Of a stretch of 62,094 bases of DNA, positions 17,586 through 28,284 are shown piece after piece. Both the position numbers and the translations under genes were made by a program. The stretch covers positions 1-62,094 of IMG/VR virus record IMGVR_UViG_3300042141_000119. One strand, given 5' to 3'. The DNA comes from a virus (Duplodnaviria; Caudoviricetes). The notes under the pieces are model-generated. The model was given only the letters and a program-made list of their open reading frames with translations, was not told where the DNA came from and ran no database searches. Position 1 is the stretch's first letter. The number at the start of each line of letters is the position of its first letter.

Positions 17586-20500
17586 CGAAGGGATTTGCGT
17601 GTCGGACTTGCGCTTGGCTCGACGCTTCCTCTGCGCGCCCTTCGGCTTGCGTGCCTCGCGCCGTTCCCGCGAGAGGGCGCGAGTGACGGCAAGGCGACGC
17701 AGCGCCCAGTCCGGTACGTTCGGCTGCATGTCCTGCGGGATATAGACCTGCTTGAACTCTCGCGTGTATGGGTCGATGGATTCCTCGATCTCTCGAACCG
17801 CGTCGGCCGCCGCTTCTTCCGCAGACTCATCCTTTACGTGAGTGCCCGTAAAAGTGTTGATGGCGGTCTTGGCTGCACGCGACGAAAGAGGCGCGTCTCC
17901 TCGCAGGTCCGTCAGCGAGCGCATCATGTACAGAGGCCGCTGCGCGAACGGCAGGTTCTCGATGGCTTTCTCTAGGACGGTTGGCAACTCGACGGACCTG
18001 TCGCCGGTCACGTTGCGGAGGATAGCCTCTGGCGAAGAGGTGGACTCTCCGGCCGGGCGATTGGTGTAGAGGTCTTTGTCGAACACCGTCTCAAGCCCGA
18101 CGCGGTAGAGCGGATGAAGCTGCATCCCTAGCTGACGCGCCGTGCCCTTCACGGTGCCAGACAGCGTGTCTCCGACCGCGAGCATGTTGAGTTGGTCGAA
18201 GCCCGGCAGGACGCCACCGGGCACCCAGTACCGCTGCGTTCCGGGCGCTGGCCTTCCGCCAAGCATTTCCGGCACTGGGATGGCGAGCCGAGAGCGGAGC
18301 GACGAAGACATATATTGGTCGTCGTTTGCCTCCTGAGCATTTTGCGTGGCCTGCACGAGTTGGCCGAATCGGCCGCCCGGACGCTCGACCAACTGCCGCA
18401 AAACCTCACGAAAAATTCTTGACTGGTACGTGTACCATGGGAAAAGATTTTTGAGGTACAGCCGCTCGAAGTCGCTCAGGCTGCTCATGTCTACGTGGAC
18501 GCGCTTCATCGCAGCGGCAGCCGCCTCCGGCTCCACCCCCTGCCCGACGAGAGCCATGTAGCCGCTGATCCGGTTGATGCCGTCCGTCAGCGAATTCATT
18601 TTTTCGCCCGCCCGCATGATCGGATTCTGCGTCTCCACGAGCGGCTTTAGCTTGGATCGCCATGTCGTGAAGTCGCGACCGAACTGGGCCCACGTTCTTC
18701 CCTGCTGCGGCATGAGTTCGCTGACGATTGCCCCGACGTTCACGGGCTGCGCGCCGACGAGAGGGTCGAGCGCTCGCTGGCCGATAGTGCTGGCACCTAT
18801 CTCGAACCCAGTGGGCCCCTGCACCAGCCCCGTACCGGCGAGTTCGCCGTAGAAGCGTGCCACGCCGTCGTCGCCCGCATAGCGGGTCTGCCGAGACAAC
18901 CACTCGCGGAACTGCTTCCCGTCAGCGCCGTCGCTCATCAGCGAGCGGGCTGCACTGATTGACGCCGGATCAAATGCCCCCTCCAGCCAGTTGCTCACCG
19001 CCCCCGAGTAGAGGTCGCGGACGGCACGCGAGGGCCAGGTGAGGATCGAGCCGCGCCACGCCTGCGTGTAATGGTCGAGCCAGTTGAGGAGCTTGCCGGA
19101 GGCTTCTCCGGTCGAGTAGGCGTCTCGCGCACGGGCGAGCCTAGCGACGGCTTCCTCTGGTATCGAAACCTCTGCCAGAGAGATGTTGTCGGCTTTCGCG
19201 CCCCACAGCCGTGCGAGCCGCTCGCGAATGTGCCGCTCACCGCCCGTCGCCCCCTCGTCGTAAGTTCGTGCGCCGATCCGACGCAGGGCCTCCTTCATGG
19301 AGATGTGGCGGCTCTTGTCACTGTACGCCCCCTGCTCCGCGAACGTCGCAAGCGAGTCGTACATCGTCTTCATCGTGGCCTCAGATTCCGCGCGGCCGGT
19401 CAGGTAAGAGCCGATGCTCTCGACTGGGTGCTGGCCGAAAAGCGGAGCCTTCTTCACGACATCGTCGGGAAGGGCGTTGAGCGTGCGAGCCACACGTAGA
19501 GCCTGCGCTCGAGAGATTGGCGGCTGGCCCGGCGGAATCATCGGAGTCAGCTTGTCGATGATGTACTGGGCCGCCTCCTCGTCGCTTCCGGCGGCACGCT
19601 TGGCACCTGCGACGTAGGCGTCCTGCGACAACTCCATGATCGTGTTGCGTCCGCCAGGAAGCTGAAACGCATCCGTGCGCCGGAGCATATCGCCGGTAAA
19701 GGCCGACAGCGCGTCGCCCAGCTTGCGATCACGCTTCGATGCCATGTCCAAAGCGGCCTCTGCTTTTCGAGGCAGGTACTCCGCTCCGTACTTGTCAACG
19801 ATTTCAGCGTCCGTCAGGCCCGCCATCCGCGACCTAGCGACGGCCTCTTCGCGGAGGTTTTTCCAGCCCGCTATGTAGTTCTCGGCTCCCGGCCGTGCCG
19901 CCAGCCACGCCTTGTCTTCGGCTGACCAAGCCGCCTGCGGAGTCTCCAACAGCCTGCCCATGACGCGGTTGCCCTCCTCAGTAAAGGCGTCTGGCGTCGT
20001 TTCGTAGAGCTTGGCACGGTTGTATACGTCTGCGTTCGCGGCAACAGACCTCGCCTTCCTGCGGGCCCCGAAGTCCGCGACCCGCGTCAACTGGTCTTCG
20101 GCATCGACCGCCCCGCCGACGCGGTTGTCGAAGAACGAAGCTGCGTAGCGGCCCGGAGCAGACCACCTCACGGCCTGCCCGAGCGTGTCGAGGGCGTCGG
20201 CGTAGTTGTCGCCAAAGCCCTTGCCGAAAACGTCTCCGGTAATCTTGGCATCTCCAAGCGGAAGCCCGAGTCCGAACGTGTCGGCCAGCTTCTCGTTGCG
20301 GACCTTGTCGAGGCCATCCCCCAGAAGCCTCCTGGCGGCCTCCTCAGCCTGCTTGGGGTCGTCCGCGTGCCGAATGAGGTCGTCCAGAGTCACAGCCCTG
20401 CGGGCCGTTCTGGTGCCGTAGAGAGGCCGCCCCGTGACAGCCGGGTCGAAAGCGCTCAGTTGCTTCCTGCCAGCGCCCTTTAGCTCGGCCATCGTCCGCT

Positions 20501-20999
20501 TCGCGACAGTCGGAAGGTCGCCAGCGGCTGCGGCTCCTGACGAAATGGCCTTCTTGGTGGCAGCGGAGGCGGCGTTGTCCAGAAGATTCAGCGACTTGGC
20601 CGCACGCCCTGCCTTCGTGAGCGATGCGGCCGGGCCGGAGATGAACGACAGGGGGTCCGTAATCGTGTCAGCCGCGAGCCCGAGCGCAAAAGACCCCCAG
20701 TTGTCCTCCTGCGGGACGATCCCGTAGCTCTTGAGAAGGTCGCGACCGCCAACTCTCTCGCCGGGCTTGCCAGCCAATACGCCGCGAATGTAGTCGCCCG
20801 GAGCCGACAGTGCGTCGCCAAGCCTGCCAATCGTTCCGCCAGCAAGTTCGCCAGCCTGCCGAAGAATGGACTCGCGTTCTTGCGGTGTAACGGCATCCTC
20901 CGAGACTGCTTCGTCTCGCAGGGTGGCGTCATCAAAAAGCGGCAAGTAGCCAGCAGGCCGCTTGCCGCGACTTGGCCGCAAGTCGTCGTAAAGCAGCAT
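17574..20999 (-). CDS. Large virion protein (probable internal/ejection protein)
   Basis: 1141 aa, helical Ala-rich; FER...FPWYTY motif; end of structural block. Confidence 0.55.
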   Translation of the reverse strand: MLLYDDLRPSRGKRPAGYLPLFDDATLRDEAVSEDAVTPQERESILRQAGELAGGTIGRLGDALSAPGDYIRGVLAGKPGERVGGRDLLKSYGIVPQEDNWGSFALGLAADTITDPLSFISGPAASLTKAGRAAKSLNLLDNAASAATKKAISSGAAAAGDLPTVAKRTMAELKGAGRKQLSAFDPAVTGRPLYGTRTARRAVTLDDLIRHADDPKQAEEAARRLLGDGLDKVRNEKLADTFGLGLPLGDAKITGDVFGKGFGDNYADALDTLGQAVRWSAPGRYAASFFDNRVGGAVDAEDQLTRVADFGARRKARSVAANADVYNRAKLYETTPDAFTEEGNRVMGRLLETPQAAWSAEDKAWLAARPGAENYIAGWKNLREEAVARSRMAGLTDAEIVDKYGAEYLPRKAEAALDMASKRDRKLGDALSAFTGDMLRRTDAFQLPGGRNTIMELSQDAYVAGAKRAAGSDEEAAQYIIDKLTPMIPPGQPPISRAQALRVARTLNALPDDVVKKAPLFGQHPVESIGSYLTGRAESEATMKTMYDSLATFAEQGAYSDKSRHISMKEALRRIGARTYDEGATGGERHIRERLARLWGAKADNISLAEVSIPEEAVARLARARDAYSTGEASGKLLNWLDHYTQAWRGSILTWPSRAVRDLYSGAVSNWLEGAFDPASISAARSLMSDGADGKQFREWLSRQTRYAGDDGVARFYGELAGTGLVQGPTGFEIGASTIGQRALDPLVGAQPVNVGAIVSELMPQQGRTWAQFGRDFTTWRSKLKPLVETQNPIMRAGEKMNSLTDGINRISGYMALVGQGVEPEAAAAAMKRVHVDMSSLSDFERLYLKNLFPWYTYQSRIFREVLRQLVERPGGRFGQLVQATQNAQEANDDQYMSSSLRSRLAIPVPEMLGGRPAPGTQRYWVPGGVLPGFDQLNMLAVGDTLSGTVKGTARQLGMQLHPLYRVGLETVFDKDLYTNRPAGESTSSPEAILRNVTGDRSVELPTVLEKAIENLPFAQRPLYMMRSLTDLRGDAPLSSRAAKTAINTFTGTHVKDESAEEAAADAVREIEESIDPYTREFKQVYIPQDMQPNVPDWALRRLAVTRALSRERREARKPKGAQRKRRAKRKSDTQIPSLFD

Positions 21000-21005
21000 G
21001 GGCGA

Positions 21006-22844
21006 TTACCTGCGCGGGTACGGCGAAACGGCAGGCTGGGCCGGAGTGGAAAACGGATTCGCCATCATCGCGTCCATCTCACGCTGCACAGACGTAGGTT
21101 GACCGGCGGCCGCTCCTGGCGCTCCCGCCCACGCGGACGCAGGGGCAGAGCCGATATTGCTCATCCAATTCCCAAGCCACCCGAACCAGCCGCCAGTTTG
21201 TTGCGGCGGCGAGACGCCACCGGCGGACGCTTGAATGATCGCATCGGCAGTCTTGTCTATTTGCTCTGGGGCGACCGTGCCCATCTTGGTGAGAATACCG
21301 ATCACCGCCGCCCTTCTCTGGGCCGGTTCGCCTATCCTCAGGGCGGCGTCGATCTCCGACTGAAACTGCTGGGCGTAAGGGACATTGTTTGGCGCGGCGT
21401 CTCCCTTGCCGCCAGCCGCCGCCTCAGCCGCAGCAACCTCGCCAGCCGCCTGTTGCTGTCTGGCGGCGAGCGCGAGGTAGTCGCGGGCTGCATCCTCGTT
21501 CCCGAAGGAACTGTGAACTGCGGCGACCTGCATTGGGTCGCCAGACTGAGCGGCCTGCTGCAAGCTCCGCATGTACGCACCCTGAGCGACTCGCGGATTG
21601 TTTGCCATCCGCACCATGTTGATGTTTGCCCAGTTGTTGCGGACGTTCTGCTGCCGCAGGCCAGCGTCGAAGCGGCGGGCCTCACGGTCGAGGTTTCGCA
21701 ACTGCTGCATTCCCTCCGGCGTCCTGGCGGCGGCGTTGACCTGCTCGATTGTCACAAGCGGCCTGCCATTGTCGTCCACCAGCCCCCTGTGGCGAGCGTA
21801 CACCTCGTCGGCAAACTTGTTGCGGCGGCGATCCTCCATAGCCGTCCGGGTCTTTTCGCTCGGGACGTAGACGAAGCCGCCCATCGGGTTTGCCTCGATG
21901 GTGTACTTGCCCTCCATGGCGGCGTGCCGCTTTTGCTCGCGAGCAACGTCTGCCTTGAGCAAGTCCATGTCGTCTCCGTACTGCGTGGCGTCGATGCCAA
22001 ACGCCTGCGCGAGAGCCATCGTGTGCGAAGCGGAGTTCGGCCCCTGCTCCGGGTCCGCAGCAATTTCCGCAGCCAGACCAAGCATCTCTGGATTCGGAGC
22101 GCGGGACGACACGGAGCCGTCCACGTTGTGCGTGAACGTCCCGCCGAAGCGATCCATCGGAACTTCCGGGCTGTGGACATTCCGGGACATTTTCCGGCGC
22201 TGCTCTGGCGTGTACTGGCTGATGTCGCGACCTTCCGGCAGCGGCTTGCCTGCGGCCTGACGGGACTTCGCAAGCGCACTCTTCTCGCCGGGAAGCAGGT
22301 CGGGGTTCTGGCCTGCCTGTATGCGTGGCGTCGCTCGAGCGGCCGTCCGCACTTCGTCTGGCGTCGAGCCCCCGAAGTGAGCGCCGAGCCAGTCCTCGTA
22401 GGACATTGTCTGTGTGTGCCCGCTGCCCTCGTACTTCTGCCGCAGCCTGCGAGCGTCTTCGGGGCTCATGGCCGCCATGTCTGGCACTGGCCCATCTGGG
22501 GTGCCGGGACTAGCCGACTGCCAGACTTCTCGCACCTTCCGCTGCCTGTCCGCGACGGACGCGGCCGTGTTACGGACCTCCATCGCAGACCGCTCCCGCT
22601 TCTCGGCCTCTCTTTCCTTCTGCTCGGCCAGGAGGCGCTCAGCGTCGGGCGAGTAGTCGGGCTCGAAGCGGCCAGTCTCTCGGTCGAGCCGCTCCACCTT
22701 CGGCTCTGGAGGAAACATGAAGTCTGCCTTCTGCTGCTCCTCGACTGGGTTGACGAGCGCGGGGCCGCTGGCGTTCGCCTGCTGGTCGCGGCGACGCTGC
22801 TGTTGAAGCTCAAACAACCTGCGGGCGGTGTCGGCAGTGTTCAT
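21006..22844 (-). CDS. Hypothetical structural/internal virion protein
   Basis: 612 aa ORF in a coupled structural operon. Confidence 0.55.
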   Translation of the reverse strand: MNTADTARRLFELQQQRRRDQQANASGPALVNPVEEQQKADFMFPPEPKVERLDRETGRFEPDYSPDAERLLAEQKEREAEKRERSAMEVRNTAASVADRQRKVREVWQSASPGTPDGPVPDMAAMSPEDARRLRQKYEGSGHTQTMSYEDWLGAHFGGSTPDEVRTAARATPRIQAGQNPDLLPGEKSALAKSRQAAGKPLPEGRDISQYTPEQRRKMSRNVHSPEVPMDRFGGTFTHNVDGSVSSRAPNPEMLGLAAEIAADPEQGPNSASHTMALAQAFGIDATQYGDDMDLLKADVAREQKRHAAMEGKYTIEANPMGGFVYVPSEKTRTAMEDRRRNKFADEVYARHRGLVDDNGRPLVTIEQVNAAARTPEGMQQLRNLDREARRFDAGLRQQNVRNNWANINMVRMANNPRVAQGAYMRSLQQAAQSGDPMQVAAVHSSFGNEDAARDYLALAARQQQAAGEVAAAEAAAGGKGDAAPNNVPYAQQFQSEIDAALRIGEPAQRRAAVIGILTKMGTVAPEQIDKTADAIIQASAGGVSPPQQTGGWFGWLGNWMSNIGSAPASAWAGAPGAAAGQPTSVQREMDAMMANPFSTPAQPAVSPYPRR

Positions 22845-25800
22845 TTAGTTTCTCCCCGTCCAGTTTTGTATTACCTGAGTCGTCGGAACCGATGCTCCCA
22901 TTCGTGAGCCGCGAATCCTCGCGAGCGCACGGTCGATGGCGCTCTCATTCGAAAGGGCGTCCAGAGACGCGCCGTCGAATCCCGGAGGAATCGGTGGCGT
23001 GGGCGATGAAGGCGATCCTGCCGCCTGGACGCCAGAGCCACCGCCGCCCATGTTGGACAGCGCCACGAGCCCGCCGATAGCGCCAGCGCCGAGCAGCCAG
23101 CGAGGCAGTCGAGAGGGCGGTGTTTCCGGCTTCTTCTTTGGCTTGCCGTCCGAAGACTTCTGCGCCTGTGCCTTGCGAGTAGCAGGAGTCGCATCGTCCG
23201 CAGTCTTGGCGGCTTCTGCGGCATCGACTGGTCCGGGCGACGGCCCAGAAACGTCTCCGGAGGGCGATCTAGCGGGCTCCGGCGTGGGTGCCGCTTGGGA
23301 ACCTACGCCCTCGCCTGCGGCTGGAGTCGCGGGCGTGTCGCCAACTGACGACAGCGAGACGGAGCCATCAACGTCGCCGCCAGCACTAGCGGCGGAAGTG
23401 CCCGGAGTTGCTTCGGCGCGGCCCGCGTCAACAGGGGGTGGCGATGCTGTCGCGTTTGCCGCCTCCATCTCCTTGCGGACCTTCGCCGCCGCCGCTGCAC
23501 CGGCTTTCTTGGCGGCAGACGGACTCATGCCCTCGTCACTGGCCTGACGAGTCGCCTCCTCGCGGGCGGCGGCGGCGGCGTCCTTGATCTCTCGCTTGGT
23601 GTACGCCTTCGCAGGTCCGCCGACAGAGGCGGGCCCGCTGGTGTCGGTGATCTCGGTCGCAGACGAGTCGAGGTTCACATCGCTCGCGAGCGGCTTGCGG
23701 CCCGGAGGAGACTTCGGCGGCTTCGCACCAACCTCTGGAAAGACTCCGGCGTCCACTGTGGCCTGAGCGGCTGGCGTGACGCCACCGCCAGACATTGGCG
23801 CAGACAGGTGGTTCACGTTGGCGGCAGTCTCGCCCTCAATGCCGATTCCGAGACGCCTGCCCGGCGTGAAGTGGTCGGAGATCGCGGCGGCGAGGTCGTC
23901 GCGTGTCATCTTCCAGCTTGGCGATCCCTCTACGCGAGTGTTCGCCTCTGTCCGCATGACAAAGTCAGCGACTTTTTGCGGGTCGCCGTCGAACGCTGGG
24001 AACTTGGTTTTGTCGAGAGGGTTCGCCCCCCTCCCAAACCGAGACTCCATGAACCGCTCCATCGCGGCCGTCACTCTCGACTGCCTTTGCCGTCCGCCGA
24101 GACGCCCCCTCTTGCCGCCTTCGCCAAGCATCTCCATGTCGTTGGCGTCCAGACCTTCCGGCATCATGTCAGCCGGAGTCGTGTCGTCGGGGCTGAACGA
24201 CAGCGTGTCCTGAGCATCCGCCGCGTTTGCGGCACGCTCGCCGCTGGTGAAGTCGGGGCTGGATCGTCGCAGGTTGTAGCCGGGACGATCTGTGTAGCCG
24301 ACAACCGTGTCGAGCAGGCCGCGAGCAGTCTCGAGTTGGCTCGGGCGGTTGAGCGACGCATCGCTGCGCACTCGCGACTGATCCAAGTACGACTGCTCGG
24401 TGGCGTCAGCAATAGCCTGAGCGCGCTCTGGGCTTTCGCCAGCCTCTATGGCGTCGCGGTACGCAATACCGGCTGCGGTCTTAGCCTGCTGGCGATTTCG
24501 CCGCGAGACGGGGAACGCACGCCGAACCTGAGCCTCTGCGGCATCGACGGCGTTGCGGGCCTCGACGGACCCCGCCTGCCCAGAAGCGGCCACAGCCTGC
24601 TCCCTTGCGGCGCGAAGGGCGTTGAGGGCGGACTCCTCTCTGGTCGTGACGCCACCGCGACTGGCAAGACTGCGTGACTCTGGCCTCGCCTTGAACGCCA
24701 GCGGCAAGTCTCGCGGCGCGACACCAGCGGCCGCCGCAAGCTCCGAAGACTCCGACGCGGCGACGGGATTGGAAGGCCGAATCTGCGTCTCAAAGAGCTG
24801 CTCCCGCAGTCGAGCGACGGCGTCGTCGTAGCTCGTAGGCAAGTCGGCCTCGTCAAGCGGCCTGCCGGAAACCTCTACGGAGCGAGCGCCGGGAGCCCGC
24901 ATGGGAGCCGGTCCGGGAGACAGGGAGGCGGCACGGGCGGCGGCGGTGTCGGCCGCAACATCGGGCCGGGAGGCGATCATTTCACGACGCAACGCCGCAA
25001 TGGCATCCCGTCGCTGCTGGTACGCCTGCACATCCTTTGCGATTCCTTCCTGTCCTTCCGCAGCCACTCGCCCACGAATCTCAGCGAGAGCCATCGCCTC
25101 AAGTTCGCCATCGCCAGCGAGACGCGCCTGCTCCAAGTCGAGCAGCAGCCCGTCAATGTCGCTCTTTGGTGCCAGCAGCCGCGAAACTCCTTCGCGGCTC
25201 ATCACCAGCCCGTCGTCTCCGGCGCTAATGGCACCAGCTACTTGCGGCTGCGACTGCTCCAGCCGGGCGGCGATTGCCAGCCGGGTATCCTGCGGCAGGG
25301 AGTTGAAGGCGTCCGCAAGCTCCGGGAGCGTTTCGGGCAAGTCGGCGTCCGCAATGTGCCGTGAGAGCCTAGCCATCAAGCTGGCGGTCGGCAGGTTCGC
25401 TGCGGGAACTCGCGGCGTCCCAGCGGCATCGCGGGACTGCGCGGCGGCGTCGATCTTCGCCGCGTCCCGGATGCTGCCTTCGTCGGCAAGCTGCCTCAGG
25501 CCCTTGATGCGGGCGTCAGCGAACTCTGAATTTCCGAACAGCCGATACAGGTCCGCCCGAGCGGCCGGATCGGCCAGGACGCGGTCCAGCCTCGCAAGCG
25601 TGCGGGCGACCTGCGTGGGGTTAGCGGCCTCTTGCGGGTTGGAAAGCTGATTGATCTCGTTGTAAACGCGCTCCGGGTCGCTGGCCTTCGCGCGTGAGGC
25701 GTTCGGCGTAAGGTTGTCAACCTGCGGATCGACCGTCGTGTCTGGCAGGTCGATGCTCGACGTTTCGAGGTTGTCAATCTGCTTGAGCGTCGAGTCCGGT

Positions 25801-26102
25801 AGTACGCCAGCGTCCGTTAGGTAGTAGAGTTCGGTGAGCGTGAGTTCCCCGCCCTCCCGCATCTTGCGGAGCAGGGCGTTTACCTGCGGAGCCGAAAGCT
25901 GCTGGCGGGGCATAAGGACGATGGCGTCCTGTGCGGCGGCCGACGGCCTCGCCTCAGCGACCGGACGAGGGCGAGGAATATCGCCGCCAGAGGCCGTAGC
26001 GGCCATCCTGCCAAGCTGCGACTTGATGCGACCAATGCGCGCAGCAGCGTCACCAGAGGGCCGCGCTGCGGCCCGTATTGCTCCAGAAACAGGGCCAGCC
26101 AT
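22845..26102 (-). CDS. Large low-complexity hypothetical virion protein
   Basis: 1085 aa Ala/Pro-rich with a hydrophobic segment near the C-terminus. Confidence 0.55.
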   Translation of the reverse strand: MAGPVSGAIRAAARPSGDAAARIGRIKSQLGRMAATASGGDIPRPRPVAEARPSAAAQDAIVLMPRQQLSAPQVNALLRKMREGGELTLTELYYLTDAGVLPDSTLKQIDNLETSSIDLPDTTVDPQVDNLTPNASRAKASDPERVYNEINQLSNPQEAANPTQVARTLARLDRVLADPAARADLYRLFGNSEFADARIKGLRQLADEGSIRDAAKIDAAAQSRDAAGTPRVPAANLPTASLMARLSRHIADADLPETLPELADAFNSLPQDTRLAIAARLEQSQPQVAGAISAGDDGLVMSREGVSRLLAPKSDIDGLLLDLEQARLAGDGELEAMALAEIRGRVAAEGQEGIAKDVQAYQQRRDAIAALRREMIASRPDVAADTAAARAASLSPGPAPMRAPGARSVEVSGRPLDEADLPTSYDDAVARLREQLFETQIRPSNPVAASESSELAAAAGVAPRDLPLAFKARPESRSLASRGGVTTREESALNALRAAREQAVAASGQAGSVEARNAVDAAEAQVRRAFPVSRRNRQQAKTAAGIAYRDAIEAGESPERAQAIADATEQSYLDQSRVRSDASLNRPSQLETARGLLDTVVGYTDRPGYNLRRSSPDFTSGERAANAADAQDTLSFSPDDTTPADMMPEGLDANDMEMLGEGGKRGRLGGRQRQSRVTAAMERFMESRFGRGANPLDKTKFPAFDGDPQKVADFVMRTEANTRVEGSPSWKMTRDDLAAAISDHFTPGRRLGIGIEGETAANVNHLSAPMSGGGVTPAAQATVDAGVFPEVGAKPPKSPPGRKPLASDVNLDSSATEITDTSGPASVGGPAKAYTKREIKDAAAAAREEATRQASDEGMSPSAAKKAGAAAAAKVRKEMEAANATASPPPVDAGRAEATPGTSAASAGGDVDGSVSLSSVGDTPATPAAGEGVGSQAAPTPEPARSPSGDVSGPSPGPVDAAEAAKTADDATPATRKAQAQKSSDGKPKKKPETPPSRLPRWLLGAGAIGGLVALSNMGGGGSGVQAAGSPSSPTPPIPPGFDGASLDALSNESAIDRALARIRGSRMGASVPTTQVIQNWTGRN

Positions 26103-26395
26103 TACTTACTCCGCTTGGAGTCCTTCTTCGCGGGTTTGGCCTCGTCGGAGTCGGCCCTCAGAGACTCCGGGAGGTCGTCGTCGGTCACGGGGATTTCTGG
26201 CCCCTTCCCTTTGTGTTCAGCGTGCAGGTCTGCCAAGTCCTCGCGCTCGTTCTCGGCGTCGTCCTCTGCCTCCTCGCCTAGCTCGGAGCGGGACTTGTCC
26301 TTCTTCGCCATCATGCGGCGCAGCATCTTGCGCACCACAGCAACGGGCAGGTGGTCAATGTCCTCTTCGCTCAGTTCCGGCTTTTCGGCGTCCAT
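26102..26395 (-). CDS. Acidic hypothetical protein
   Basis: AAGGAGG RBS; TAATG coupling. Confidence 0.6.
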   Translation of the reverse strand: MDAEKPELSEEDIDHLPVAVVRKMLRRMMAKKDKSRSELGEEAEDDAENEREDLADLHAEHKGKGPEIPVTDDDLPESLRADSDEAKPAKKDSKRSK

Positions 26396-26423
26396 GCCAT
26401 CACCCTCCTTGATTTGCGTCGGT

Positions 26424-26939
26424 CTAGTCGCGAAGCAGCGAGCCGATCAGCGGAGTCCGATCAACGTAGATCGAGTCCAGCCCAAGCTGGCCCCGACGCC
26501 TCGCCTCTGCCATGTCCTGCTGCCATCCCTGCTTTGCGATCCGCTCGCGGTTCCCCGCGACACGCAGGCTCTCAAGCAGGCCAGCGTTGCCGACTTGCTC
26601 TGATCGCATGGTGGTGTCGTAGGCTTGGTTGGCCCGCGCATTTGCGTCGGCCACGCCAGCCGCCACGCTGTTGGACTCTGCCATCGCCTGAGCGTCGGCC
26701 CCCGCCTGCGCCATGTCGGCCCGGAACTGCTGGCCGCGACCGCGAGAGATTCCTGCGCGGTCCATTCCCTGCCTCGCGGCAGCGCCCGTGCCAGCGGCAC
26801 CAGCCAGAAGGTTGTTTTGCTGCGAGGCCACCGCCGCGTCGGAAATCATGGGCGGCCGGGCCCCGAACGACGGCGTCTTCTGCCCGCGAAGCGGAGACAG
26901 CACCCCAGACGGGAGGGAAGAGTCCGCACTGGTCGCCAT
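26424..26939 (-). CDS. Hypothetical protein (internal virion candidate)
   Basis: ORF track; Gln/Ala-rich; coupled. Confidence 0.55.
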   Translation of the reverse strand: MATSADSSLPSGVLSPLRGQKTPSFGARPPMISDAAVASQQNNLLAGAAGTGAAARQGMDRAGISRGRGQQFRADMAQAGADAQAMAESNSVAAGVADANARANQAYDTTMRSEQVGNAGLLESLRVAGNRERIAKQGWQQDMAEARRRGQLGLDSIYVDRTPLIGSLLRD

Positions 26940-27304
26940 CAGAAGTCCCTCGCCAAGTTGTTGATGAGGGCCTGCTGGAAGTTCACCTGCTTCCGCTTCT
27001 GAAGGGCGGCGTAGTCGAAGTTGTTGGATGTATTGAAGACGTTCCTGCGGCTCTGGAGGGCCCCCTCCTGCACACGCATATCGGAGTCATTCGTCGCCCG
27101 CTGGGCGTAGTTCTGGTTCTCCTGCCGTCGAATGTCGCTGTCGGCCTGCATCTGCTGGAGGCCACGCTCCTGAGCCTTCTTCTCGGTGTCCAGCCCAAGA
27201 CCAGCCGCAGCGGCCATAGACTGGCCCTTCGCGAACGCGGACACGTTCGGGTTCGGCCTGCCAAGACCGCTCAAGACGCCTTTTGTTGCAGTGCTGCCGA
27301 ACAT
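26939..27304 (-). CDS. Hypothetical protein
   Basis: ORF track; coupled. Confidence 0.55.
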   Translation of the reverse strand: MFGSTATKGVLSGLGRPNPNVSAFAKGQSMAAAAGLGLDTEKKAQERGLQQMQADSDIRRQENQNYAQRATNDSDMRVQEGALQSRRNVFNTSNNFDYAALQKRKQVNFQQALINNLARDF

Positions 27305-27315
27305 CGCGAGCGCCC

Positions 27316-27597
27316 TTAGCCGATATTGCGAAGAAGCCCACCCAGCACGCTGAACTTTTGCTGCCCAAGCTGACGCTGGGTCTGCGAGTCGTAGGCCCGC
27401 CGCTGCTGCTCTTGCGCCTGCAAGGCACGCTCGTGCGCCTCACGCTGCTGATCCTGAGCGTCGCGTGCCGCCTGAGCCTGCTGCGCGGCAGCATCGGCGT
27501 TGTCCATCGCGTCGGCCATGTTCGTGTACGAGGAACCAGCGCGGCCCGCGTAAGACCCGAAGCCAGAGCCAATCGCCCGATAGTTTTCGTAGCCCAT
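27316..27597 (-). CDS. Hypothetical protein
   Basis: AAGGAGAGG RBS; Gln/Ala-rich. Confidence 0.55.
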   Translation of the reverse strand: MGYENYRAIGSGFGSYAGRAGSSYTNMADAMDNADAAAQQAQAARDAQDQQREAHERALQAQEQQRRAYDSQTQRQLGQQKFSVLGGLLRNIG

Positions 27598-27612
27598 TGT
27601 CCTCTCCTTGCC

Positions 27613-27987
27613 CTAGCCAGTGCTTCCCGGCGAGTAGTGGTTGTGGTGGCCTGCAATGCTCCCACCGCTGCCGCTCTGGCTCTGCGACGTACTCCTGCTT
27701 CGGAGCCGCACGAGATCGCGAGTCGGCTGCATCGGACGCATCTCTGACGCCTGCGGCTGGTATGACCGGATGGCATCGAGAAGCCCGCGAATCCTGCTGC
27801 CTGCGCCAACGGCCGACGGGATGTCGCCGGAGTAATTGGCCGCAAACTTGGCCCCCCGAAGCTGATTCACCTCGTCTTGCTGCTTGGCAAGTTCGTCCTC
27901 GACTGAGTAGTCGTAGGACTCGTCCACGCTCGTCCGCTGATCGAACGACGGGCCGGAAACTTGGGTGAGATATGGCGGCAGTTTCAT
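27613..27987 (-). CDS. Hypothetical protein
   Basis: ORF track; coupled. Confidence 0.5.
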   Translation of the reverse strand: MKLPPYLTQVSGPSFDQRTSVDESYDYSVEDELAKQQDEVNQLRGAKFAANYSGDIPSAVGAGSRIRGLLDAIRSYQPQASEMRPMQPTRDLVRLRSRSTSQSQSGSGGSIAGHHNHYSPGSTG

Positions 27988-28283
27988 GGAGTCCCTGTGC
28001 TAGTTTTATGTACGGAGCCTACGCCCCTGCGGGCGGCCTTTTCGTCCCGACGGGCCAGCCGAACCGCCAGCAAAACAAGCTGTTTTGCGACGAGTGCCGA
28101 AAAGGCCAGCTTCCTGGCTTTCGCCTGCCCCTCCAGCCACGCGAGGATTTCCTGCATCCTCGACACACAGCCGTCTGGCCCCCATTCGTCCATCCGTCGC
28201 GCGTAGGCGTTGCAGGCGCACGCCGCACTGGATCGGATTCCGAGACAGGAAAGAAGTTGCTTGAGGTGCTGCCCGACGCCCAT
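27984..28283 (-). CDS. Small Cys-containing tail-associated protein
   Basis: GVG..LK..L..LGI....CAC....MDEWGPDGC....EI..WL. Confidence 0.6.
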   Translation of the reverse strand: MGVGQHLKQLLSCLGIRSSAACACNAYARRMDEWGPDGCVSRMQEILAWLEGQAKARKLAFSALVAKQLVLLAVRLARRDEKAARRGVGSVHKTSTGTP

Positions 28284-28284
28284 T

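Noticed and set aside
20880-22907. Long plus-strand ORFs (also 13512-14549, 37482-38936)
   Set aside because: Antisense shadows of well-coupled minus-strand genes in high-GC DNA
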